Source of the DNA: Eledone cirrhosa
Taxonomy: Eukaryota
Assembly: GCA_964016885.1 (NCBI GenBank)
Contig: OZ024742.1
Location: forward strand, 90,458,001-90,522,000
Reading direction: 5' to 3'
Length of the DNA stretch: 64,000 nt
In this document: in pieces, positions 33,135-44,414 of the stretch
Position numbering within the stretch: the stretch's first letter is position 1
How the letters are laid out: every line of letters begins with the position of its first letter
Translations under genes and position numbers: made by a program
The notes under the pieces: generated by a model
The model's input: the letters and a program-made list of their open reading frames with translations, nothing else
Database searches by the model: none
What the model was told of the DNA's origin: nothing

Positions 33135-36100
33135 ATGGTAAATGTAAGAGACGGTTGTGTGAATGTGCGCCGCCTGGGGATGCCCTGGAAACAGGGCAAA
33201 CTCTTCAACAACCTCAGGTCGCACAGTATGGATGTAATTGCCATCTGCGAGTCCAGGATCCACAGCAAGCGACAGCTGGCTCCCATGTTCGATGACTATG
33301 ATATCTACGCATCTCTATGTCAGCCGAGAGGTGGGGGCGGGGTTGCCATTTTTCTGAGGAAACACCTGGGCCTCGTAACACAAACGGTACATCTGGATCC
33401 GGAGGGTCGACTGGTGGTCCTAGACGTTGACGATAGTGAAGGTGGAGCCTTCAGGCTGGTGGCCGCATATGCCCCATCCGGGACTCCGCGGCCAGACTTC
33501 TTCAAACGTCTAGAGACTTTTCTGGGAACGTCCTGCTTCTTTCTTTTAGTGGGGGACTGGAATGGAATCCTAGATGCACGTTGGGACTATGTGGGAGCAT
33601 GTCCCGATAAAGAGGGTTTTAACACTCAAACAGTTAATCGGACGATTTGACCTGGCCAATAAATATCGACTAGATTTTCCGACTGTGCCACTGTGGACGA
33701 GGACTAATCTCAGCAGAACATCTAGATCGTACTTAGATGGTTCTAGTTAGAAATAAGGATAGGGAAATGTTAAGCTGTTCACAAATGTTCATGGTTGCCT
33801 ATTCAGATCACAAACTAGTGACCTGCATGGTCAACCTTGATAGAACCCATAGACAGGGACCCGGCTACTGGAAGCTGAACTTGTCGTTACCGACATACAA
33901 AGCCTACAGTAGAAGGATTAGCACTTTAGGTAAACAGCACTTGACAGGGGCCATTGTCAACAACAGATGGTGGTACTCTCTCAAGAGGGCAGTTAGATTA
34001 GACTCGTTAGTTTTAGTAAAGAATTAACGTTAGATAGCAATAGGACTGAGAAGGAACTGGTAGATAAAGTAGAAGAGGCAATTAGAAGTGGCAACGTAGC
34101 CAGCGTGCTAGCGACGAGAACGGCCTTGGACCAGTTCTTCGAAGCAAAGCCCGAGGGCTGCGTTGTTAGAAGCAAAATTCGTGCTCTGGGTAACGAGGGA
34201 GCCAAGGCTGTTAGCTGGGCCCGAGTGACGGAGGTGAAAAATGGCAACAAGTTCACGATTCGGTCTTTGAGGGACCAAGACGGACGCGTGATACGTGAGC
34301 CGAAGCAGATGTGCGCGGCCTTTCAGCGGCACTTTACTCAACTGTTCGGGCAGGGCGGCGCGCCGGGAGGGGCTATGGATTTCGGTCCATACCTCGACGG
34401 CCTGCTGCGACTCTTGGACAGAGAGGCGAAGTTCTGCGAAAGGCCGATTTCGGCTGCTGAGATAGGGGACGCGGCAAACGCAAATCTCCAGGTCTCGACG
34501 GTCTACCCTACGAATTTTACGTAGCAATGCCGGACTTGTTCTCTGTCCTCCTGGAAGCGGTCTACTGAAACTGGAAGCAGAACGGGAGAATTCCCAGTTC
34601 TGTGACCAAGGGCGTAGTCACGTTAGTCAGGAGGGAAGAGAATAAGGGGGATGACAAGGGCAACTTCCGGCCCATAACTCTGCTAAACACAGAGTTACAG
34701 ATTTTGGCCAAAGTATTGGCAAAGAGGCTGGCGCTTGTCGTCAAAAACCTGGTGGGAGAAGCGCAGACATGCGCAATCCCGACCAGGTCCATACACAACA
34801 ACCTCCACCTCATGCAATACATCGTAGAGAGGGTAGGGTGTAAAACCGGCTTCGGTGGGGCCCTGATCAACTTGAATCAGTCTAAGACTTTCGATAGGGT
34901 TGACTATCGTTACCTGGATGCGGTGCTCGAGGTGGCAGGCTTCGGACCCGGGTTCAGGGGCTGGATGGCTGCAATGCACAGCAGCAACATCTGCTCAAGG
35001 GTCAAGGTGAACGGCTACCTCTCGGAGCCGTTCCATATTACGCGATCCATCCGACAGGGATGCCCTCTCTCCTCCCTTCTGTACGTACTGACTCTCGAGC
35101 TACTACTGCAGAAGTTGGAGCTATTGCAGGGCATCCCTCTGGAATCGGGACTGCGGAAAGTGGCATCGGCCTACGTCGACGACGTGACAGTAATGGTGTC
35201 GAGCACCTTGCAGATCGAGGAAGTCGGCACCTTACTGAAGGAATACGAAAGGTTCACAGGAGCGAAGCTGAACCGGGACAAGTCCATCGGTTTGCAACTC
35301 GGATCGTGGAGAGGCAAACCGTTGCCTTCCGATGGCGTCGTCGGACGCTGGACGGAAGGACCGGTAAAGCTGCTCGGGGTCTGGTTTGGTCCGGACCTCC
35401 AGGTGGAGGAGAATTGGAACGAGCTGACGGCCAAGGTGTTTGCACTCACCCAGGAGTGGGCCGAGTGCAAACTATCCTTGAAAGGTCGAGCGGAGGTGGC
35501 GAACACTTTTATAGCGTCCGTCATCTACTACCACTTGACCGTCGTGCCTTGTTCAGCCAAAACGCTCACCAAAATGGAGCACGCGCTCTTCCAATTCCTT
35601 TGGAAAAAGTGGGCTCCTTTGGTGAGAAGATCCATCTGCTGCCAACACCCTTCCAACGAAGGGCTGGGGATGCCGTGGCTGACGATGCGCAAACACGCGC
35701 TCAGGCTGCGGCACCTCCACGTATTCCTCACCGGACAACAGGTGTGGGCCCCGTTCGTGAGCTGCAGTCCTGGGTCAAGCAAAGACCGAGGAAAATGGGT
35801 GACTGGCACATCGAATGTGCTCAGGCGTTCACAGCCCTCTGGCAGGCGGACCCGGCGATCAGTGGAGACTCCACTTCGACATTCTATAGAGGGTTGGTCC
35901 GCAGCAAGTGCGACGACGCGCTCGTAGAAACTCGTAGGCGTAGAGGAAGACGAACTGGCCAGTCTGTTCGGTAGGACCTTCCGCCCGCGACCGATGGACA
36001 ACTTCCAAAAGTCCCTGGCCTGGAAGTGGTACCGAGGAGCTCTACCAGTTCGAGACAAGCTCTACAGACACGGGCGCCCAGGTAGGGACCCTTCGAAAAA

Positions 36101-36521
36101 GATCTGTCCGAGATGCGTACCAGACGAAAAAACCGTGGCGCAAGCATTCGTACACTGCCAGGGCGTTACCGACCTGTGGGGCTATGTAGAACGACTATTG
36201 TTGCGGGTGGGAGCAATCTGGTTGACCACCGAGTCCATTGTCATGTTCAAACCGCCATCCTCCTTCAAAAACGAAGGAGAGGCGGTTTTCCTTTGTGTGA
36301 TAACTATGGCGAAAGAGGTTGTATGGTGGACGAGGTTAAAAGGCCTCAGGTCAGACACCTTTCTCTCCGGCCAACAACTGATTCTTTTTTTCAAATACTA
36401 CTTTAGAAGAAGAATCAGGATGGAGAGAGAGGTATTGTACCCCAGCAAGTTTTATGAAAGGTGGGTGAAAGTGGCGAGAATGGCTCGAGCGGTTGGGCCT
36501 TCTCTCTATATCAGCCTGTAG
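33135..36521 (+). pseudogene. LINE ORF2 (APE endonuclease, reverse transcriptase, C-terminal Cys motif), multiple frameshifts
   Basis: NVRRL, DVIAICES, AYAPS, GDWN, SDH, GPGYWKLN; FRPITLLNTELQILAK, KTFDRV, RQGCPLS, AYVDD; CPRC..FVHC. Confidence 0.9.
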
Positions 36522-36759
36522 GTTGAGGAAAAAGAGGAAGAGAGGAAGTGGGTACTCATTCTTCGTACTCCTGGAGATGAGGGTTGCACATTTTTTCGGG
36601 GGTATGTGTTACCCATACGTAATGTCTTCCCCTATTGGGGAAAATCGATTGATTTTTAAATTGCATTTGTGATAGTATTTTACACGTTTTTATTGTATGA
36701 AAACTTCCCCCTTTGTATTTGTCCCCTTCTTTTGTGCCCCTGTGGCTAATAAAGAAACA

Positions 36760-36804
<45 letters not shown>

Positions 36805-36830
36805 CTCTATTCCCCCCCACCTCTCTCTCT

Positions 36831-36884
<54 letters not shown>

Positions 36885-36938
36885 GATATTAACAAATGGA
36901 AACTATATTTATAAAACCATATTTATTTCATTATACAT

Positions 36939-37119
36939 GTGGATTGGCAGTATCGGTAGAGGGTCAGACACCATGCTTTCCAGCATAGTTACGTCCCTTT
37001 ACGATCTGAGTTCAAATCCCGCCGAGGTTGACTTTGCCTTTCATCCTTACGAGGTCGATAAAATAAAGTACCAGTAATGCACTGGGATAATTGATGGCCT
37101 TGTGCCAAAAGTAGAAACA
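36939..37119 (+). mobile_element. Meta-domain-type SINE with a 9-bp target-site duplication
   Basis: TSD attatacat at 36930-36938 and 37120-37128; full SINE consensus. Confidence 0.85.
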
Positions 37120-37513
37120 ATTATACATATTTCAAGGACACCAAGTTAAATTATGGTGTGCTTTCATCAGATAAAATATAATATAGAGCAGTTTTATAAA
37201 TAAATATTGACATACCCTTAAAGAATGCAACCATTACTGTTGGAAGCTCCCTGATAGTGGAGTTATATCTTTAATTATACTATTAGGTAAGTTAGTATTG
37301 GATATCTTTAAATAAGCCGTTGGGTTACAGAGAAAGAGAGAGAGAGAGAAGAACGAGAGAGAGAAAACCCAACGGCTTATTTAAAAATATCCAATACTAA
37401 CTTATCTAATAGTATAATTAAAGATATAACTCCACTATCCGGGAGCTTCCAACAGTAATGGTTGCATTCTTTAAGGGTATGTCAATATTTATTTATAAAA
37501 CTGCTCTATCTTA

Positions 37514-37578
37514 TATTTTATCTGATGAAAGCACACCATAATTTAACTTGGTGTCCTTGAAATATGTATAATGAAATA
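37514..37578 (+). ncRNA. Hammerhead-like motif (mirror copy at 37121-37177, minus strand)
   Basis: CTGATGA (37522-37528), stem II AAG-c-ACACCA/TGGTGT-c-CTT, GAAA (37559-37562), self-complementary ATATGT then A. Stem I register is imperfect. Confidence 0.6.
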
Positions 37579-37719
37579 AATATGGTTTTATAAATATAGT
37601 TTCCATTAGTTAATATCGTATTTTTACTCCAATTATTTGTTGAGTGCTTTATATCAGTTATAAAAATATTTGCTTGTTGTATCCCAACAATTTAAATAGA
37701 ACTTTTACACATATATATA

Positions 37720-37863
37720 TAACAAAGGAAGTGTGGTAAAGAACCAGGTGGACCATAACGTACCAGAGTACTCAATACTTAGGGTAGTTTTGACGGCTTT
37801 TTCTGGACTAGAAATAGCCGTCGAAACGGCTTGAGCTCTGTCGTCGGGGTCTTGAACATTTCC
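37720..37863. repeat. Short (TA)n-flanked interspersed element (copies at 51073-51180 and, inverted and partial, 22878-22930)
   Basis: aaggaagtgtggtaa.gaaccaggtggaccataacg.accagagtact..tagaaatagccgtcgaaacggcttga.ctctg.cgtcggggtc.tgaac. Confidence 0.75.
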
Positions 37864-37889
37864 ATATATATATATACATAGACAAACAT

Positions 37890-38215
37890 ATGCCATAAAA
37901 GAAAATCGGTAAGTTACTATGGGAGATGGAGCAATGGGTAACACCTGTATCTCCCAAGAAAACTCTTACAACCCAGTGATGTAAGCTATGACGAGGTGAC
38001 CTGTCCTGGGAGGGCTGAGAAGGACGCACAAAGATTGCGCATCCCAAGACCCAAAAGAGGTTTCGGAAGAGAGAAATGCTTGATAATTGGAACCTGGATA
38101 TCACAACACTCACAGGTAAGGAGTAGGAATTAGTGGTGGAGGCTAGATGCTACTGCCTAGATATAGTTGGAGTTTCCTCAACAAAATTCCGTGGCTCTGA
38201 TTTGGTGGAGGAGTC
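37890..38215 (+). pseudogene. RTE-like LINE 5' relic (start of APE domain)
   Basis: Degenerate LIIGTW.ITTLTGKE.ELV.EAR.Y.LDIVGVSSTK. A similar inverted relic lies at 38750-39110. Confidence 0.55.
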
Positions 38216-38353
38216 AATTTACAAAGCTTTTCGCTTGTTAGGTTTTCTTATTCATATTCACACAGACACAGGTACACATACACACACATATACAAGTATA
38301 TGTATATATATATATTGGTGTGCGTGTATGTGCGTGAGTATACGCGCGCGCAC

Positions 38354-38420
<67 letters not shown>

Positions 38421-38547
38421 TGTGTATGTGTGTGTGTGTGCATGTGTGTGTGTAAGTGCATGTATGTATCAATATATTATCAATGAAATTTACTTCTATT
38501 TTAATTTGGCGAGCGCTTGACGGGTAAATTCCAATGACTTCCTGTCT

Positions 38548-38733
38548 TCCATTGGCAGTATTGGTAGAGGGTCGTACGCCATGCTTTGCAGCAAAGAGTT
38601 ACGTCCCTTCATGGTCTGAGTTCAAATCCCGTCGAGGTTAACTTTGCCCTTCATCCTTACGGGGTCGATAAAATAAAGCACCAGTAATACACTGGGATAA
38701 TTGCTGGCCTTGTGCCAAATGTAGAAACAATTA
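38548..38733 (+). mobile_element. Meta-domain-type SINE
   Basis: Matches the 36939-37119 consensus. Confidence 0.8.
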
Positions 38734-40229
38734 ACTTAAGCTGAACCTTTTTATACAACACTTCTCTGTTTGGTGCATAAACGGAGTACTTTTTTCATCC
38801 TAAGCGAATCCTCCCTGCCAATGTGATCCATAACATAACACATTCCGACAATCGAGGACTTGTGAGTTTCCCCAATTCTGCCTGTACACTCATTTCTGGC
38901 AATACAGATGGAAATTTGAATTCCTACCTTCCATCCATATCTGCGGTACCTGATCCAAGGAACCCTATTGAAAAAAAGCTTATCTATTCGGTAACTTCTT
39001 GCTTCCTCCACTTGTCCCTGCTCCTTTTCTCAAAGGGCTGTAATGTACATTTTTCAAGGAGCTGGTGAATTGATGTGCTTCAATTTTGTGTTCGTACTTA
39101 CCTTTTCCTAGTATTACGTGTCTTTGGCAATGACTGAATGAATATGATCGCTAATATAAGCGGTTTTGGAGTACCGTTACTCGATATGGTGCATAGCTAA
39201 GAGTCCAAGATGCCGCTCCAGCTAGAGCCGCTACTTCTCCGAATTGAGAGATTACGACTCCGTTATTACGGACATGTCAAAGGCAAGAGTCATTGGACTG
39301 ATTTTACGTGAAAAGACAACTAACATAAATCCCATGGTATACTACGAGTAAGATGGATGGATAACATTCATGAGCTCGGTTAGACTTCCTGGTGGCTGTC
39401 CACATCCTGACCGAGGCTGGACGACTGGGTTTCTTTGGGTGAATGGAAGAATTTCTGGGAACGTCTCGTCCTTTACTGTTAGCGAGAGACTGGAACAGTA
39501 TCTTAGACACATACAGAGATTGTGTGGGAGTAGTTAATAGGATTGAGGGATGCAAAAGCATCAAGTACCTGATCAGCCAATTCCAACTGTCTGACAGATA
39601 CCGACTGGATTTCCCCAATACACCAGTGTGGACAAGCAGCTATGAAGAATTTAGATCAGTCGAATATTTTCGATTGTGTTGATCATCGATATCTCGAGTC
39701 TATCTTCCCGGCAGTTGGTTTCGATCCCATCTTCAGCGACTGGAGCTGTTGCAAGGCATCCTGCTCTAACCGGGACCTGGAAGAGCTGTGTCGGCATATG
39801 CGCTGAGGCTACGGTATATTCAGATATTCTTAAACGGTGAACAGGTGTGGTCGCTGTTCGTGAGGCAGGTTTTTCCGCAGCTCATCTCTTTGACTGAGCT
39901 GCAGTCCTGGGTCACGAAGATTCCGAGACTGAACGCTTGGCATCTGAATGTTGCCAGGCATTCACTGTCCTCAGACGGGCGGGCAATGCTGTCAGTGGAA
40001 ATTTCATTCTTGAGTTCTATTGAGGATTAATGGTAGGCAAGTGCGACGATATTCCCGGAGAAGCTCTGGGCATCGACGAATTCGACTTTTAAGCCGGAGT
40101 CTAATGATAACTGCCACAAATCTCTTGTTGGCTATGTTACCAGGCACTGAAATGCGATCAGATGTACAAGTCCGAGATGCATGCAAAGCGACGAAACCGT
40201 TCTGCAAGCACTCATCCAGTGTCCGTATG

Positions 40230-41271
40230 AGATGCCATCTAGTGCAGCCTGGCCTCAGACAGGCTCATGCGCCAGCTCCACCAGCACCGCCTTGCCTGTT
40301 TTCGCGCGGCCTCCAAACCCCACAGTGGTGCCTGGCTCCATGCCTTGCCCTCCTTCTACACTGGCACGCAGCTGGATAACGATAACCTGCGCATCGGCGT
40401 TTCCTTGAGGCTTAGACTCCGGATCTGCGAGTCACATAAATATCCCTGTGGATCCAGCGTGGACTCTTTCGGTCTCCACCCGCTTTTCTGTCGCCACATG
40501 CCGGCCGCCTTCCACGCCATGCAGCCCTCAACGAGGTCACTAAGCATGGATTGGACGCTACAAGCTACCCCTCCCAGCTTGAGCCGGTGAGGCTGGACCG
40601 AGGGGATGGCAAAAGGCCAGACTGTATGACCATCTTCCCGTTCCGCGGTGACAAACACCTCATCTGGGATGCCACTTGCAGCGACACTTTCTCCAGCCGC
40701 AACCTGGTGCAGTCTGCGACTCACCCAGGTACTGCTGCACGTCGGGCTGAGGAGGCCAAACTCTCCAAGTATCGGTCGCTCTCCGACAGGCTTGCGGTCG
40801 TGCCCTTGGCAGTGGAGACTTCTGGTGTCCTTGGCCCTTGGGCTACCTCCCTATTCACTACCATACGCGCTGAGCTCGCCAGCCGCAGGTGTGAGCCTCG
40901 CGAGTTGGAATGGCTCTTCCAGCGCATCTCCCTTACCATCCTCCGGGGAAACGCCTTCTCCATCCCGTCCGCCGGGGCTGTGGGGAGGCCAGCACGTGGA
41001 ACCCCATTTGCTCACCATACGGATTAATAGGCAAAGTTATAAACTATTGTAAATAAACAGCAAAGTTATAAACTATTGTAAATAAACAGCAAAGTTATAA
41101 ACTATTGTAAATAAACAGCAAAGTTATAAACTATTGTAAATAAACAGCAAAGTTATAAACTATTGTAAATAAACAGCAAAGTTATAAACTATTGTAAATA
41201 AACAGCAAAGTTATAAACTATTGTAAATAAACAACAAAGTTATAAAGTAAAAAAAATAATAATAATAATAA
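40230..41271 (+). mobile_element. 5'-truncated CRE-clade-like non-LTR retrotransposon (C-terminal zinc motif plus restriction-like endonuclease)
   Basis: SGAWLHALPS...LDNDNLRIGVSLRL..CG..VD..GLHPLFC; EP.RLDRGDGKRPD.MTIFP...LIWDATC.DT; EEAKLSKY, PLAVETSGVLGP, LFQRIS..ILRGNA. Ends in tandem repeats and (TAA)n. Confidence 0.8.
41031..41246 (+). repeat. 29-bp perfect tandem repeat, 7 full units plus a partial (gcaaagttataaactattgtaaataaaca)
   Basis: Units start at 41031, 41060, 41089, 41118, 41147, 41176 and 41205, with a partial at 41234. Confidence 0.95.
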
Positions 41272-42387
41272 TTTGAGGAGTTTTGTCGAACAGCTGTTAT
41301 CGCGTGTGGAACTGATACGGCTATCGACCGAATCTATCGTGAAGATCGCCCCACGCCTTCTATTGTTTGGGTGGACGAGGCTGAAATGACTTGGAAAGGA
41401 AGGTGAGCATGGAAAGGGAAGTGCGGCCCCACAGAACATTTTCTAAAAGGTGGGTGAATGTTGCGAAGATAGCCCATGTGAATGAGCCTACTCTGACCGT
41501 GCTCCTGTTGGCTGGCTGATTTGGAGAGCAGAGGGGTGCCTTCCCCGGGTGCGCTCGGATCGTTGGGTTGTTCATGATTAGTGGGGTTCATTAGTCGCCC
41601 CTGGTCAGTCCTCCCACATATTGCAGAATTTTAATTGTTGTAATTCTATTGTTTATTGTTATTTGATCATTTGTTTTTACTCGATTTTATTGAAAACACC
41701 CACTGTCTCTGTTTATTCTATTGTCCACTATATATAGGTCCTTCGGGCCAATAAAGAAATTATCATTATCATTGCTGTTGCTGTTTTCGTTATAAACACA
41801 CATACAGACAACATACAAACACGCATCCTTACACACTTACAAACACGCACACAAACACACTTACAAGCACGTACACAAACACATACATACACACACACTG
41901 AGGCATACATACGTATTTCTGTCTTTTTCTATGTCATGCTTTCTAATGTAAATTCTTTGAAGCCTGCCGACATTAATTTCTTCGAATTATCCGACTATTT
42001 TCAGCACGTTACACCTGAAGTGATATGGGGTTGACACAAATATATAAACAAATACCAATAATAATAGTCAGAACAGATCCACCTCTCGACTTCATCAAAC
42101 TATATACGACTATATTCATACTTGCGTATCCGCTTAATTAGACACACACATATACACCCTCCCAATTCAACGTCAAGAGTACATAGATTCACACACAGCA
42201 TACGCGCACACAAACACAAGTAGAGAGGCATATATATATAGAGAGTGTCTTTGTGCACAATTTTCATTCTTTTATTAGTTCTAGTATTAGACTGTGGTCA
42301 TGCTGGGGGACTGCTATAAACAACCTAAAATATATGAATATATAAGTACATGCGTGTGTTACCAAACAAGTTACTATTAGTTTGTCT

Positions 42388-42455
<68 letters not shown>

Positions 42456-42457
42456 TG

Positions 42458-43420
42458 ATTCTTTATTAGCCACAGGGGCACAAAAGAAGGTGACAAATAC
42501 AAAGGGGGAAGTTTACATACAATAAGAGCGTGTAAAATATTATCACAAATGCAATTGAAAAATTAGTCAATTTTCCCCAATAGGGGGAGACATTACATAT
42601 GGGTAACATATACCCCCGAAAAAAAAATGTGCAACCCTCATCTCCAGGAGTACGAAGAGTTTGTACACCTTTCCTCTCCTTATCCTTTTTCCTCAACCTA
42701 CAGGCTGATATAGAGAGAAGGCCCATTCACTCGGGCCATTCTCGCCACTTTCACCCACCTTTCATAAAACTTTCTGGGGTACAGCATCTCTCTCTCCATC
42801 CTGATTCTTCTTCCAAAGTGGTATTTGAAAAAAAGAATCAGTTGTTGGCCGGAGAGAAAGTTGTCAACTGTGTCCACGATACAACCTCTTTCGCCATAGC
42901 TATCACACAAAGGAAAACCGCCTCTCCTTCGTTTTTGAAGGGGGTGACGGTTTGATCATGACAATGGTCTCGGTGGTCAACCGGATTGGTCCCACCCGCG
43001 ACAATAGTCGTTCTACATAGCCCCACAGGTCGGTGACGCCCGGGCAGTGTATGAATGCATGTGCGACGGTTTCCTCGTCGCGCACGCATCTCGAACAGAT
43101 CTTTTTCGAAGGGTCCCTACCCGGGCGCCCGTGTCTGTAGAGCTTGTCTCGAACTGGTAGAGATCCTCGGTAGCACTGCCAGGCCAGGGACTTTTGGAAG
43201 TTGTCCATCAGTCCCGGGCGGAAGCTCCTACCGAACAGACTGGCCAGTTCGTCTTCCTCTACGCCTAGAGTTCCCCGAGCGCGTCGTCGCACTTGCTGCG
43301 GATCAACCCTCTATAGAATGACGAAGTGGAGTCTCCACTGATCGCCGGGTCCGCCTGCCAGAGGGCTGTGAACGCCTGAGCACATTCGATGTACCAGTCG
43401 CCCATTTTCCTCGGTCTTTT
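42458..43420 (-). mobile_element. Tx1/L1-clade LINE, 5'-truncated copy F, between (GATA)n tracts
   Basis: Reverse complement of ~35783-36757 with small rearrangements; (GATA)n at 42388-42455 and 43421-43447. Confidence 0.9.
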
Positions 43421-43447
43421 ATAGATAGATAGATAGATAGATAGATA

Positions 43448-43804
43448 TATTTCTTTATTAGCCACAGGGGCACAAAAGAAGGGGACAAATACAAAGGGGG
43501 AAGTTTACATACAATAAAAACGTGTAAAATGTTATCACAGATGGAATTTAAAAGTTAGTCGATTTTCCCCAATAGAGGGAGACAGTTTATATGGGTAACA
43601 CATACCCCCGAAAAAAATGTGCAACCCTCATCTCCAGGAGTACGAAGAGCTTGTACTCCTTTCCTCTCCTCCTCCTTTTCCTCAACCTACAGGCTGATAT
43701 AGAGAGAAGGCCCATTCACTCGGGCCATTCTCGCCACTTTCACCCACCTTTCATAAAACTTGCTGGGGTACAGCACCTCTCTCTCCATCCTGATTCTTCT
43801 TCCA
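43448..43804 (-). mobile_element. Tx1/L1-clade LINE, 5'-truncated copy G
   Basis: Near-identical reverse complement of the 3' part of copies A and B; (GATA)n at 43811-43872. Confidence 0.9.
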
Positions 43805-43810
43805 GTCGCT

Positions 43811-43872
<62 letters not shown>

Positions 43873-44110
43873 CTCTTTATTTACCACAAGGGCGTACAAA
43901 AATGGGATATTACAAGACGTAACGGCGGGGTTTTACATAAAACCTTTAACAATAATGGACGACAATAAACTATATATAAAATAAAAATAAAACAATCGAA
44001 ATCCCCAATAGAGGGGAACGTTACTGCGGGGTTGTTTTACACCCCGTGGATAGTACAACTCTCAACACCAGGAAAACGTTTTGTAGGTGTTCCCGTCTTC
44101 TCTCTGTTTG
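43873..44110 (-). mobile_element. Diverged Tx1-like 3'UTR (copy H) abutting (GATA)n
   Basis: Reverse complement ends gcccttgtggtaaataaagag and contains the cccctctattgggga hairpin seen in the 3'UTRs of A-G. Confidence 0.55.
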
Positions 44111-44414
44111 TCTTATAGACATGCAATATATTTATTTCTGAAAGTATTTAGCAACAAAAGTGAAGCGTAGTGAAGCAAATCAGTACGTAACTAATGGGGT
44201 CCTAGGGAGTCATTAGAGCAGTCAACTCTGTTTCAAACACTTATAAATGTTTCGGAATACAGGATCCATTCCTTCCTTCCCTAATTATAGCGGACTTGAA
44301 TGCATCCATAGCCCCTGTTCGACATTAAAAAATACTATTTTGTTGTATCTAAATAGATGAAATCCAAGATGATATAATGGAAACGAGACTCAAAACGCAA
44401 ATGAATGTAATAAA

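Larger units (their letters stand above)
31349..36759 (+). mobile_element. Full-length (decayed) Tx1/L1-clade LINE, copy E, between (TATC)n tracts
   Basis: ORF1 and ORF2 remnants, a 3'UTR with AATAAA, and (TATC)n at 31327-31348 and 36760-36805. Confidence 0.9.
36882..37706. repeat. Fold-back element: ~255-bp inverted arms, each with a hammerhead-like core (probable PLE pLTR relic), in (TA)n
   Basis: Left arm 36882-36938 plus 37120-37326 (split by a SINE) is the reverse complement of 37366-37620. (GA)n spacer; unpaired extension 37621-37706. Confidence 0.85.
39330..41770 (+). mobile_element. Old, internally deleted Tx1/L1-like relic interrupted by the CRE-like insertion
   Basis: EEFLGTSRPLLLARDWN, QVWSLFVRQVFPQLISLTELQSWV and a CPRC..ETV-like motif end at ~40228. 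The homology resumes at ~41272 (FVEQLLSRV) and ends ccaataaagaaa at ~41758. Confidence 0.7.

Noticed and set aside
41031-41246. 29-bp direct repeats resembling a CRISPR array
   Set aside because: The units are contiguous with no spacers, there are no cas genes, the context is eukaryotic, and they form the 3' tail of a retrotransposon.
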